Notes under the pieces: generated by a model
Told to the model about the DNA's origin: nothing
The model's input: the letters and a program-made list of their open reading frames with translations, nothing else
Databases searched by the model: none
Part shown: positions 1-9,381 of the stretch, piece after piece
How positions within the stretch are numbered: position 1 is the first letter of the stretch
How the letters are laid out: the number at the start of each line of letters is the position of its first letter
Source of the DNA: Giardia intestinalis
Taxonomy: Eukaryota
Assembly: GCA_000002435.2 (NCBI GenBank)
Contig: CM018793.1
DNA: 64,000 nucleotides
Reading direction: 5' to 3' (one strand)
Program-made: the position numbers and the translations under genes

Positions 1-271
1 CCAGACTGCACTAATGAAGGCGGCCAAAAAGGGATGCGTTGACTGCATTCCTCTTCTTTCTAACGAACTGACAATTAAGGATAATAAGAATAGAACTGTT
101 ATGATGCATGCGGCTAGCTTTGGACAGCTCAAGTTTCTTCAAGCGCTGCCACCTGACGGGGTGCTTGATAAAGATATAAATGACCAAACAGCAAAAGAAC
201 TTGCTAAGGAACACGGTCACGAGGATTGTGCTAATTATCTGCATGAACTGGAGGCTGCCATTATCTCTTGA
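1..271 (+). CDS. Ankyrin-repeat protein, C-terminal fragment (5' end lies outside the window; reading frame runs from nt 2)
   Basis: The frame is open from the window edge (QTALMKAAKKGCVDCIPLL...TVMMHAASFGQLKFLQAL) with typical ankyrin helix-turn motifs (ALM.AA..G). Stop is at 269-271. Convergent with the next ankyrin gene. Confidence 0.55.
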   Translation, partial: QTALMKAAKKGCVDCIPLLSNELTIKDNKNRTVMMHAASFGQLKFLQALPPDGVLDKDINDQTAKELAKEHGHEDCANYLHELEAAIIS

Positions 272-302
272 CTGTCAAGGAGGAGCTGAGAAATGTGTGT
301 AT

Positions 303-309
303 ATTCACT
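303..309 (-). promoter_or_regulatory. Giardia-type polyadenylation signal AGTGAAT (AGTRAAY) overlapping the TGA stop of the ankyrin gene
   Basis: Minus-strand mRNA reads ...AAG TGA ATATACAC, so AGTGAAT spans the last 2 nt of the Lys codon, the stop and AT. This is a position typical of Giardia 3' ends. Coordinates are +/-2 nt. Confidence 0.45.
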
Positions 310-2665
310 TAGACTCCTGCTCATTGAGAAATACGCTTTCAGTCATCATATTAACTACCGAATTATTTGCTGAAGCATTAGAAACAGCTAATGTTGCGAT
401 TTGTTCTTGTAAGAGTACAATTGCTTCTTTCATCTGCTCCATATTGACCGTGATCTCCCGGAGCTCCTTATCCTTTTGTTGTAAACGCTCTCTCATGACT
501 CCTATCTCGCTATCCTTCGCTGAGAGTATGTTTTTCAGTATCTGTATGTCTGTGTCACGCCGCTCATCGCGCTCCTTCAGCTCAGCCATTTCGCTTGTTA
601 TGGAGGCTAAGAGCTTGGAGTCTATGTTACTCATTGGCCTAGTGTGTCCCCCATGAGTCTCCACGGCGCCAGGCAAGCCCCGAGACGCACCAGAAAGACT
701 TCCTCCCAGTGCATAGCTTGGGCTCCGCAGCTCGACGCTCGGCCCACTATTTGTCATATGCTCATCTCTATTCATGACGTCTACATTGTCCAGTCGTAGG
801 AGGATGGGAACAGTTAGCACTTCAACCTGGCCTTCTTCTAAAGCCACAGTTAGATAGGTCTTCCCACACTTGTTTCTTATGTGGCCTTCATAAGGGACCA
901 AAGCCATCACACAAGAGAGATGCCCGTGCATCGCTGCATGCATGAGGGCAGTGTATCCTGATGAATCCCTGAGCTGAGATTCATGGTGAATAAGTAGGTC
1001 TACGCAGTCCAGTCTTCCTGCAGCGGCGGCCAACATAAGAGCAGTCCTTCCATATTTGTCCGTGGTTCCTTTTTCCTTGTCAAGAAGAAGCTTTGTTGCG
1101 ATAGCGCATCCAGCCTTTGCTGCATACATGAGAGCTGAAGTTCCTGTCTTGTCCTTCCGGCAGCACTCATACATCAAAAGTAACGATACTATGTCTGATT
1201 GATTAGCGTCTGCGGCATGCATGAGCGCCGTCTTTCCGTGTGCATCGGTTAGACACGCTTCTTCATCCATAAGAGTCCTGCAAATATTGAGGTATCCTCT
1301 TGATGCTGCGCGCATCAGCGCACTCTGCCCTGTCTTATCTCGTATTCCTGCCTCGACATCAAGCATGGACAAGGCCTCTTCAGCGCCCACTTGTGCAGCA
1401 AACATCAGGGCGGTCCGGCCTTGCCCGTCTGTCATGTGGCCTTCTCTGTTAACAAGAAGCGACACAATAATTGAGTGATTGCAAAGTGCAGCGTACATCA
1501 GCGCTGTGTGCCCGCATGCATTCTTTCGTCCGGCCTCTTTCTCCATCAGCATTTCAACTATCTCTCGATCGCCAGCAATAGTTGCGTACATCAAGGGAGT
1601 CCAGCCTGCAGCGTGGCTGATGTCCGCTTCGCAACTGAGCAGACACTTTGCGGCGTCTGGATGACCCGCCTCCATCGCCAACATGAGAGCTGTCTTGTCT
1701 GTTCTGTCACGTATGCTTCCTTCCCGCTGAGCAAGCAGGCGTACGATATTACAGTGGCCATTCTGTGCGGCGCACATGAGAGCCGTGCGTCCAGACTCTA
1801 ACCTCATGCAAGACTCTTTGTCAATCAGCAATTCGCATATGTCGTAGTGGCCGGCCCGTGCTGCAAACATCAAGGCAGTCCACCCAAATGAGTCTGCCAG
1901 ACCTGACTCCTTCTCGTACACCAACTTCACAATGTCTATGTGACCCGACGTGGCTGCTATCATGAGTGCAGTCGATCCGAACTTCAGTTTTTTTCCTGCT
2001 AGTCTCGGTGCAAGTGCCCTCGCAAGGTCTACGTCATTGGTAGCGGCGGCATACATAAGATCTGTCCAGCCAAACGTTGTTGATATCTCGTTCTCCGAGT
2101 CATACAAAATCTGAACTATATCGCCGTGTCCGTTGACGGCTGCATAGAGCATCGCAGTCATGTGACTCTTTGATATGTGGCATGCTTCCTTTTTATATAA
2201 AATCTTGACAATCTCTGCATGGCCATTCCTTGCGGCATGCATTGTAGCAGTCCATCCATATGAATCAACGCAACCCGCCTCCTTATCCACAAGCAGCTTT
2301 GCAATATCATAGTAGCCCTGTTCGGCCGCATGCATGAGCGCGGTGGTCTGTCCCTGCTGCTGGTGTGCTGCAGATGAATTTGTCATTGAGACATGCAGTT
2401 TAACAGTCTTTGCATCCTGATGCTTTGCTGCGTCGAGTAGCGTGCTCCCGGGGCTTATGCTCCGTGCTATCATCGACCGCGGGCTTGGCGGCCGAATGCT
2501 CAATGACATTGGACTGGTGCTCCGGATCAAGGCAGCCCCGGGGCTCGCTCCTCTCAATCCAAAGTGTCTCGGGGTTACTGGTCGGACTGAGTTGGCCCCG
2601 ATGCTTGGGGCACGTGGGACGACCGGTGCTATGCGCGAAGTCATGGCCGTACCGTCGCGGAGCAT
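305..2665 (-). CDS. Ankyrin-repeat protein with a C-terminal coiled coil (Giardia 'protein 21.1'-like family)
   Basis: 786 aa with a true ATG start (MLRDGTAM). It has >15 tandem ~33-aa ankyrin repeats (TALMxAAxxGHxxIVxLL consensus) followed by a heptad-rich coiled-coil tail (KERDERRDTDIQILKNILSAKDSEI...). An AGTGAAT poly(A)-like signal overlaps the TGA stop. Confidence 0.8.
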   Translation of the reverse strand: MLRDGTAMTSRIAPVVPRAPSIGANSVRPVTPRHFGLRGASPGAALIRSTSPMSLSIRPPSPRSMIARSISPGSTLLDAAKHQDAKTVKLHVSMTNSSAAHQQQGQTTALMHAAEQGYYDIAKLLVDKEAGCVDSYGWTATMHAARNGHAEIVKILYKKEACHISKSHMTAMLYAAVNGHGDIVQILYDSENEISTTFGWTDLMYAAATNDVDLARALAPRLAGKKLKFGSTALMIAATSGHIDIVKLVYEKESGLADSFGWTALMFAARAGHYDICELLIDKESCMRLESGRTALMCAAQNGHCNIVRLLAQREGSIRDRTDKTALMLAMEAGHPDAAKCLLSCEADISHAAGWTPLMYATIAGDREIVEMLMEKEAGRKNACGHTALMYAALCNHSIIVSLLVNREGHMTDGQGRTALMFAAQVGAEEALSMLDVEAGIRDKTGQSALMRAASRGYLNICRTLMDEEACLTDAHGKTALMHAADANQSDIVSLLLMYECCRKDKTGTSALMYAAKAGCAIATKLLLDKEKGTTDKYGRTALMLAAAAGRLDCVDLLIHHESQLRDSSGYTALMHAAMHGHLSCVMALVPYEGHIRNKCGKTYLTVALEEGQVEVLTVPILLRLDNVDVMNRDEHMTNSGPSVELRSPSYALGGSLSGASRGLPGAVETHGGHTRPMSNIDSKLLASITSEMAELKERDERRDTDIQILKNILSAKDSEIGVMRERLQQKDKELREITVNMEQMKEAIVLLQEQIATLAVSNASANNSVVNMMTESVFLNEQESK

Positions 2666-2718
2666 GAGAAAGTTTAAGAGGTAGGGGAAAATGTTTACTG
2701 AGTTTGAATTTTTGGATT

Positions 2719-3882
2719 TTATTCGGTTAAATCGAATACGATGTTCTGCATCATGGCCTTCAGGCGCTCTGCGTCTTGCTCTTGAGTCTTTAAGTTCCTT
2801 TTCTGCACCTCAAGCACTAATTTTTCGGCAGCCAACTCCTCCTGCAGCTGAGCATGAGACGAAACGTCTGTCAAAGCTCGCTGAGCAGCCTTGGTAAGTT
2901 GCTCTATCACTGTCTTTTGCTCCTGGATCACTGCCCTGAGAGAAGTAACAAGCTGATCGGAGGAGTCCTGCTCGTAGGCGTTGGTCCTTTGGGTCTTGCT
3001 GCTATCCCGTAAAGCCTTCCGTATGTCACTAGCCAAGCTCTTCGCAGTCTTAGCACAGAGCTCCGGCTTGTCAAACTGAAGGGGCGCTTTGTCATAGATA
3101 CCTCGATCTTCCAGCACCTCAAAGTGCAAGCTTCTGAGTTCCGAATCCAGCTGGCGAATTGCATTCCTATAATTCTGGATTGTGATGGTTGATTGCTCGT
3201 CTACAGATTGCTTGCCCTGTGCTTGTTGTTGGGATTGTTTGGGGTTATCTGGACACAGTAAATTGAATAGGTCGGAATTATCAGGATTATCAAGTCTCAG
3301 TCCCCCAACTCCTCCGCCCATACCGAGGTAAGATCTAAGTCTGTCAGTCAGCGCCTTGTTTTCGTAAATTACCTTTCGCTTGGCATGCTCGAGCTGCTTG
3401 TAACGCCTGGTGAGGTCGTCGTATGAGGCTGTAAGAGAGCGGAGCTCCTGCTTGAGATTTGTAATGGTCCCTCGAAGCTCGTTTTCTAAGGCCTTCGCGC
3501 CTTGAAGAGAAAAGGTTAACTCACGGAGTTGCTTATCGTGGGCGTCGTTGGTACGCTCTAGCCGCGTGTCCTTCGCTCTATTGTTACTCTGGAGCCTAGA
3601 TATTTCATCGGCCAGGACAGAGTTATCCTCCTGTACCCTTTGGAGCTGCTTAAGGACTTCGTAGACACAGTTGACGGTGGATACTACGTCATCTCCGTCC
3701 ATTTTCAAGCTCAGCTTCAACATTCCGGCCTTACCGGGTCCAAGGAGTGCACCCAACCGTGCTATCAGCTGCTGTGTGCAGGGATACACTGCAGCGGCAC
3801 TCTCACAGAACCCAGAATGCGACACCTTGTCTGGTAATGGTATTCCATCTATGTATGCGCCTAATGTCATATCGTCGTCCAT
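2719..3882 (-). CDS. Coiled-coil protein, function unknown (possibly cytoskeletal)
   Basis: 395-aa ORF. The track start at 3906 is TTG; the first in-frame ATG gives MDDDMTLGAY. The central region is strongly heptad and charged (LQRVQEDNSVLADEISRLQSNNRAKDTRLERTNDAHDKQLRELT...; EELAAEKLVLEVQKRNLKTQEQDAERLK). No enzymatic motifs. Confidence 0.55.
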   Translation of the reverse strand: MDDDMTLGAYIDGIPLPDKVSHSGFCESAAAVYPCTQQLIARLGALLGPGKAGMLKLSLKMDGDDVVSTVNCVYEVLKQLQRVQEDNSVLADEISRLQSNNRAKDTRLERTNDAHDKQLRELTFSLQGAKALENELRGTITNLKQELRSLTASYDDLTRRYKQLEHAKRKVIYENKALTDRLRSYLGMGGGVGGLRLDNPDNSDLFNLLCPDNPKQSQQQAQGKQSVDEQSTITIQNYRNAIRQLDSELRSLHFEVLEDRGIYDKAPLQFDKPELCAKTAKSLASDIRKALRDSSKTQRTNAYEQDSSDQLVTSLRAVIQEQKTVIEQLTKAAQRALTDVSSHAQLQEELAAEKLVLEVQKRNLKTQEQDAERLKAMMQNIVFDLTE

Positions 3883-4333
3883 GAGTTTGTCGGGCTGCTC
3901 CGTCAACGATCCACAGAAACTGGTAAGGAAGTAAATTTTTGGGGTCTGTGTCTCGAATCGATGGGCCAGCGCTTCCCCTATTCCGGCAGTTCAAGCTTTT
4001 TGTGGGGACTCAGCATAATGCAATCCATCTACTTACCAAACGATGCTGTTGTTCGCTAAGTTTTTCTAATGATAAGCAAAAGCAGCGTAAAAAGTCGATA
4101 TATTTCAAAACCTTCTTCTGTAATCTGCTTCCACAGATGATATTTTAGGACCCTGTTATCTTGGCTCAATCAGAAAATATTGCCTATAAGCTCTATAAAA
4201 AACCTGATGGGCTGCGAAGATCGGGATTGAGTATCTTTTTCTAGATAAAACGCTGTACAGGTGCCCATAGAGTCTATAAATCTATTTTCTCAAAGGGGCT
4301 CGAAAACTCTCATCAAAATTTGAGAAAATCTCC

Positions 4334-6451
4334 ATGTCTATTAAATCCACTTACAGGCCTCCAATTTCACTTCAGCACTCCGCAAACAGGTATGTTATAG
4401 AAACGAACAATCCAGCTCCTCCGACCCTTTGTTTAGACGACCGATCTACCTACCCAATAAGTCAGCATGCGAGGACAACTAAGTATGCGAGTAAAACACA
4501 AAGCCACGAACAAGGGACGAACAGGTCCACTAAGCCTTCTGCATCCATGGAATCGTCTTCAATGACGTCCTTTCTGAAGGCCAAAAGCTCAAGGGAACTA
4601 GACATCAATGGACACATCTGTCCAGATTTGGAAGTTGACAAAATCTCTCTAGAGGCTGGTCACCCGCGAAAGAGAAGTAAGGTGTCTGTTGCGCTGCCCA
4701 TTGTATCCTCGGCTACTAGAATCTGCTCAAGCTTAAGTAAAGCTCAGCCACCGGAAAATCTCTTGAACACTCCAATCGAAGGTCTCACTAAGTCTCAGGA
4801 CGACTCTTCGGTTGACAGCCCACTTGACAACGATCGGCTAAATCAGGGGACAGCGTCCCTCAATAGAATCAATCAACTGCTTCCTCAATCCGAAGCATCG
4901 CAATTGTGCAGGTCATTAGAAAAAAATAATAGTTCCTTCTATCCGGTACTTATTGATAAAGCCTCAAATACAATGGTGAACCACATGCAGACAGCCTGGC
5001 AGGCATCCCTTGAGCAGAAGTATTCACAAATTGACACAGATGCGAAGGACGCCTTACTTTCTTCATCCAATCCTAACGCCTCTATTGGTAGGCGTGATAG
5101 GTATGTATTGTCAGTCGAACAATTCTTTACTCGAGAAGGAAAGGGGATTAACGGAAGGTGTAGAGTGCATGGTGACACTATTAAATCTCCAACAGGTGCA
5201 GGGTCCTGTGCACACCCGAGAGCGACAGCAGTTGATAGAGCCTTGGGAGGTACCCTTTCCCTATCTGCCCCAGGGGATTATTGCGGCCACCACAAACTTT
5301 GTAACAGTATCTATTCATCTGCACGCGAGCATAACGAGCAGCATCACCAGTCTCTGATCGAGGCACCTCTGTCTCATCTTGTTCCGCAGCGACCATATAC
5401 AGCTCTCAATAGAATCCCGCATGTTCTTAGTGATCATATGAAATTCTTGCAAGAACCTAGGAAGCGTGCTATACGTGCACTTATAAAATCTCTTCCTGCC
5501 ACTGTCAAAGCTAGTTCTATTCCTTTGAAACCCATTTCCGCAACCACACAACAACTCGGCTCCACTGACCCACCCATGCATGTACTGATCAATGGAGAAC
5601 AAGTCCCAATAACATATTCAACCGATGACTCCCCAGTTGTGTCCAAGTTGAGAAACAACTTCTCTTACACGGATTTAGAATTTACACTTGGTGCACATAC
5701 AAATTTGAATACTAGACTGAGGACAGAGACAAAGGTGGATACCAGTACACACCAATACCTGCAAAAGAGAGCCACGGAGATAGACATAGCCCAGCAATCA
5801 GAAAAGCTAGAGCAATTAGAGCAGCTAAAGCAATCACCACCCAAGCACCAACTTGATAGCAAAGATACACGAGCACAGAAGCGTAGCATATTGATTAACA
5901 ACGTTTGCTCAGTGCCATTGAGGGCATCACCAACGAAGAATCCTTTCTGTTCACCCCTTAACTTCTCAAATGTCGATAGTGACGAAGACTGCACACATAC
6001 GTGCAATTCGCTGAGTGATTTATTGGACAATTCGGTAACTAAGCAAAGAACGACGAGTAATATATTAATTTTGAAAAGACGCGAGGATGTCTTGAAAAAC
6101 GATACACTGCGCAGCATAGCCAATAGCTTAAAGAGTTTAGAAGCCATGCAACAGACACGAAAGTCTAGTAGATCCTTTGCTAAGGCCCAGCAAAACAGTG
6201 TCACCGAGATCCTCCCTAGTTACAAAGAAAACACAACGAGAGTACCCTCACCACACTCTCCGCATTCTCCAAGGAAAAGAGCGGGGGAGCACAATAGCCT
6301 TGAGAGGACACTCCATCTAAAAGACTTAGCAATGCAATCGATGGGCCTGGAGCCTACGCAAAGCTACAACAACTGTGCACCCATCAATTCTGTATCTTCA
6401 GCGTTTCCACAAACTGCAAAGAGCACGCGTTTCTTCACCTTCAATGCTTAA
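4334..6451 (+). CDS. Ser/Thr/Pro-rich low-complexity protein, lineage-specific hypothetical
   Basis: 705-aa ORF with a true ATG preceded by an A/T-rich box (caaaatttgagaaaatctccATG). The composition is biased (S, T, N, Q, P) with no TM segments or catalytic motifs. A long uninterrupted frame in a compact genome is itself evidence of coding. Confidence 0.5.
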   Translation: MSIKSTYRPPISLQHSANRYVIETNNPAPPTLCLDDRSTYPISQHARTTKYASKTQSHEQGTNRSTKPSASMESSSMTSFLKAKSSRELDINGHICPDLEVDKISLEAGHPRKRSKVSVALPIVSSATRICSSLSKAQPPENLLNTPIEGLTKSQDDSSVDSPLDNDRLNQGTASLNRINQLLPQSEASQLCRSLEKNNSSFYPVLIDKASNTMVNHMQTAWQASLEQKYSQIDTDAKDALLSSSNPNASIGRRDRYVLSVEQFFTREGKGINGRCRVHGDTIKSPTGAGSCAHPRATAVDRALGGTLSLSAPGDYCGHHKLCNSIYSSAREHNEQHHQSLIEAPLSHLVPQRPYTALNRIPHVLSDHMKFLQEPRKRAIRALIKSLPATVKASSIPLKPISATTQQLGSTDPPMHVLINGEQVPITYSTDDSPVVSKLRNNFSYTDLEFTLGAHTNLNTRLRTETKVDTSTHQYLQKRATEIDIAQQSEKLEQLEQLKQSPPKHQLDSKDTRAQKRSILINNVCSVPLRASPTKNPFCSPLNFSNVDSDEDCTHTCNSLSDLLDNSVTKQRTTSNILILKRREDVLKNDTLRSIANSLKSLEAMQQTRKSSRSFAKAQQNSVTEILPSYKENTTRVPSPHSPHSPRKRAGEHNSLERTLHLKDLAMQSMGLEPTQSYNNCAPINSVSSAFPQTAKSTRFFTFNA

Positions 6452-6476
6452 ATATATTTATTCACATCGGGCTACT

Positions 6477-8006
6477 CTACGTACTGAAATTGTCAGTGTT
6501 AGTCATGCTGTAATCCCTAGAGTTTGTCACTGCATTATCATAAAAGGAGTGCTCTCCATTAAAGCTGTTGAGTGCGTCATCCTTTTTCTTAGCTTTCTTG
6601 CTCCCTGAAATTGGGCACATAAACTCAGCAAAAAGAGCACACACCAAAAGGTGATTAAAGTGCAACATGTCGTATGCTCTAAGCCTCCCTGGATGCCAAA
6701 TCACATAGACTATGCTGGTTAACAAAATTAAGCTCTCCCATATGATGCAGAAGAAAGTAAGATAGTAGACTCTCTTGGCATCTATATACACCTTAGTCCT
6801 GCGCATACAATCCATCATAAGAAACATCATAATTAATGAAACAACATACGTTACCGTAGCAATGGCAGCAAAGACGTAAGAGGACGCTGTGTAGGATTTG
6901 CCCAGAGCGGGATCAATGTGGCAAAGCGTGATAGACGCAGACCCGATTGCTGCAAAGATGGGAGTCACAATAACTGGTATTTTGCCTCTAAAGAATGAAA
7001 GGAGCCTCACTAGCTGCACAAACTCGTTAGGGATAGAAACAAGAAGATGTCTGCACGCCATTAGTAATAGAGTAAGAGATCCCACGATCGAGAGTTGCTC
7101 CAGGGCGGAGTTTGCGATGATGTATTCGAATGTGTCATCAAAGTACTGCAGTAGGGAAAGCGGCGTAAAGGAGAAGAGAGCACAGAGTGACATCCAGATG
7201 GAAAGCTTGGAGAAGAATGGAAACTCTGAGAATCTCCCAGGCCACGATAGGCGAAGCACCCAGGAGATATGAATGAATACCGCGGCCCCGATAGCCATGC
7301 CCACGCAGATGAGAACCACTGAAAGAATGCCGCTTTCTTTGGGTCCGGGAACAACTTCAAAAAAGATAGAACTTACAGCACTGGGGTTAGAGAACAATAA
7401 CGTCGAAACCTCAAGCTTGTAATAGTTCTCGTCAATCCCATCTTTTTTATAAAAGAAAACATTTGATGGCTTGGACTTCGGGCCACGGTTATTCAATTTT
7501 TTAACAAAGAATGTTCTCTTTTCTAGAAGTTCCCATGAATCAGGAGAGTCTTGAGCGTATGACCAACCCATCCATTCGTGTTCGTGCAGATCCCGGTGAG
7601 ACGGAGGAGATGACGGGTCGGTGTCATCATTAGAGGTGCCTCTACTGACCGCCCCAAGGGTTTTCGTCTTGTAGATAAAGTAGGTCATGTTGAGGCTTAT
7701 TTGTTCTGTTAAGTTTAGCTTCATTCGAAAATCAATTTCTCTACTGAACGGAGAAAAGGGGCCGAAGATCATCGAAAAGGGTTTTGCCGGGGTTGGATTG
7801 CTTCTGAAATCTTCGCCAGCACAGAGATACTCGTTGAACGGAACAACATTACGGGGACATAGATCTGGGGATACCGAGTAGAAGAATCCATGATAAAAGG
7901 AGATGGCTATCGTGCCTGCAATTGCACCCAGGCCCAGCAGCAACGCCCCGGCCACCAGGGATGCACATGCACACCGCGAAAGCTTCTCCATCCTCGAAAA
8001 AGTCAT
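6477..8006 (-). CDS. Seven-transmembrane protein with an ~220-aa N-terminal ectodomain, LUSTR/GPR107-GPR108/TMEM87-like (putative)
   Basis: 509 aa. The ATG is preceded by aattaaaaacttcc. It has an N-terminal signal anchor (LVAGALLLGLGAIAGTIAISF), a ~200-aa hydrophilic domain with N-glycosylation sequons, then 7 hydrophobic helices (ILSVVLICVGMAIGAAVFIHI ... FNHLLVCALFAEFMC) and a Lys-rich cytoplasmic tail. This topology matches the Lung-7TM-receptor family. I inferred homology from architecture only. Confidence 0.55.
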   Translation of the reverse strand: MTFSRMEKLSRCACASLVAGALLLGLGAIAGTIAISFYHGFFYSVSPDLCPRNVVPFNEYLCAGEDFRSNPTPAKPFSMIFGPFSPFSREIDFRMKLNLTEQISLNMTYFIYKTKTLGAVSRGTSNDDTDPSSPPSHRDLHEHEWMGWSYAQDSPDSWELLEKRTFFVKKLNNRGPKSKPSNVFFYKKDGIDENYYKLEVSTLLFSNPSAVSSIFFEVVPGPKESGILSVVLICVGMAIGAAVFIHISWVLRLSWPGRFSEFPFFSKLSIWMSLCALFSFTPLSLLQYFDDTFEYIIANSALEQLSIVGSLTLLLMACRHLLVSIPNEFVQLVRLLSFFRGKIPVIVTPIFAAIGSASITLCHIDPALGKSYTASSYVFAAIATVTYVVSLIMMFLMMDCMRRTKVYIDAKRVYYLTFFCIIWESLILLTSIVYVIWHPGRLRAYDMLHFNHLLVCALFAEFMCPISGSKKAKKKDDALNSFNGEHSFYDNAVTNSRDYSMTNTDNFST

Positions 8007-8085
8007 GGAAGTTTTTAATTATACTTCTGAAAAGACGTGACCCAGTCGAGACAAAAGCAAAAGACAAGACCGAAAGGTAAAGCCA

Positions 8086-9252
8086 TTACAGATTTTTACT
8101 AGTAGGGCAGTTCTTGTAGGGATAATCCACTATGTTTGGCTTGGCGATGGGAAGCTCACAGTATAGAGAGTAGAAGTACTGTGAATAGTCATGGACGACT
8201 GTGCGGTGGGAGAGGCTACGCTCCTTGGCAGTTTTGGTGAATGACGTGCTCAAGTCCAAGAAGCTATCGAACCATCCTTGTTTATCCTCTGTGAGAACAT
8301 AGTGTAACGTTTCCTCGGCCGGAAGATTGTTCGTGTACCCTACTTCTATGGCGCTTTCAGCATACTGCTTACCCACCCGTACAGCACTGTCCATAGCACT
8401 TGTTGCTAAGCTTTCAACCTGTGCCTTTGTGTTGCTGTATGCCATCATTGTTGCATGCGATGTCATATAGTAGACCACGTCACTGAATCTCTCTGCCACG
8501 CTCTGTATGTCGAGAAGCATGTCTATCTCGAGTGCCAAGTCAAATAGACTGAACGACTCTTCAATTGTCGCCAACTCTGTACGAACCCAGAGGGGCTTGA
8601 TTGCCACGGAAATGGGGAGCTTTTGACCAGCCAGGTAAAGCATGCGGATGTAATCTGTATACGCGGTTGGATTGGCCGGTTCCTGGTCAATATGGAGTGT
8701 CCCAATCAGCAGATCTGAATTGGCGTTCTTAAACAATCTGACTGCCTCAGCAATCTGTTCCATGCGCTCATAGTTTTCCAGGTTATCGGGCTCATCATTA
8801 AGATATACCATTGGGTGGGTCGTGATCTTTTTAGCCGTTAGCTTTGCAATCGCAGAGCGGACGGCCTGTGAATGTGGAATTTGCAGATTGGAAAAGTACG
8901 CATCCCATTCCCATTCTGCAGAGCCTATAAAGAGGTAGACCTCTGAGATCCCGTGCTGCTTGCAGAACGCGCAGAGATACGTAATCTCATCATGTTGGTC
9001 CTCTAGTAGAACTTGCCACGCAGGTGTACTCCCAACTTTACTGTCTGTCGTGTGGGACCAGACGTAGAGACCTTTGGAACTGGAGACGTATGTACCAAAA
9101 GACGGCACTACTGGAGGCTTTCCGTCTCCCGTAGACAGCGTGGAGAAAGTTGTCGACGAAGTAAAGATGATCCCTGCTGCTAGTGCACTTAAAACAATTG
9201 CCCCAACCGTAAACCCTATGGCAACTCCTAGGTCCTTGCTTGGTCTGTGCAT
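8086..9252 (-). CDS. Membrane-anchored hypothetical protein, possibly a TIM-barrel (clan GH-A-like) glycoside hydrolase fold
   Basis: 388 aa with a true ATG after gccgaaaaaaacc. It has an N-terminal signal anchor (LGVAIGFTVGAIVLSALAAGIIF) and a Ser/Thr-rich stalk. The globular domain has alternating beta/alpha-like segments and acidic motifs (VYLNDEPDN resembling the NEP acid/base strand; LFDLALEIDM as a candidate nucleophile strand). The fold assignment is an inference. Confidence 0.45.
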   Translation of the reverse strand: MHRPSKDLGVAIGFTVGAIVLSALAAGIIFTSSTTFSTLSTGDGKPPVVPSFGTYVSSSKGLYVWSHTTDSKVGSTPAWQVLLEDQHDEITYLCAFCKQHGISEVYLFIGSAEWEWDAYFSNLQIPHSQAVRSAIAKLTAKKITTHPMVYLNDEPDNLENYERMEQIAEAVRLFKNANSDLLIGTLHIDQEPANPTAYTDYIRMLYLAGQKLPISVAIKPLWVRTELATIEESFSLFDLALEIDMLLDIQSVAERFSDVVYYMTSHATMMAYSNTKAQVESLATSAMDSAVRVGKQYAESAIEVGYTNNLPAEETLHYVLTEDKQGWFDSFLDLSTSFTKTAKERSLSHRTVVHDYSQYFYSLYCELPIAKPNIVDYPYKNCPTSKNL

Positions 9253-9359
9253 GGTTTTTTTCGGCCCAGCTTCTCAGATTAAAACTACAGCATCCTACAG
9301 GAACACACTGTAGAGCCGACGACCCAGTTGCGTCTAAAATAAAAGCTGCTGCTTGGATG

Positions 9360-9381
9360 CTAAAATGTAAAAATTGAATCC
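9360..9381 (+). promoter_or_regulatory. A/T-rich initiator-like box abutting the hydin-like ATG (representative of most genes in the window)
   Basis: aaaatgtaaaaattgaatcc precedes the ATG. Similar boxes occur at 8007-8020 (aattaaaaacttcc, minus strand), 9253-9265 (gccgaaaaaaacc, minus strand), 55860-55887, 26810-26833 and 59872-59887 (tctaaaaaacca, minus strand). This is consistent with Giardia's very short 5' UTRs. Confidence 0.4.

Noticed and set aside
180-1801. Several 60-160-aa + strand ORFs (180-656, 1221-1478, 1475-1801) inside the ankyrin gene
   Set aside because: They overlap a strongly supported 786-aa minus-strand ankyrin CDS, and their translations are low-complexity. Shadow ORFs.
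3907-4333. 69-aa ORF (3939-4148) in the 430-bp divergent promoter region between the coiled-coil gene and the S/T-rich gene
   Set aside because: Cys/Lys/Phe-rich junk translation across an A/T-rich promoter region. No initiator context.
5665-6204. 179-aa minus-strand ORF inside the S/T-rich gene
   Set aside because: Antisense shadow ORF of a biased-composition gene, with no initiator box context and no recognisable motif.
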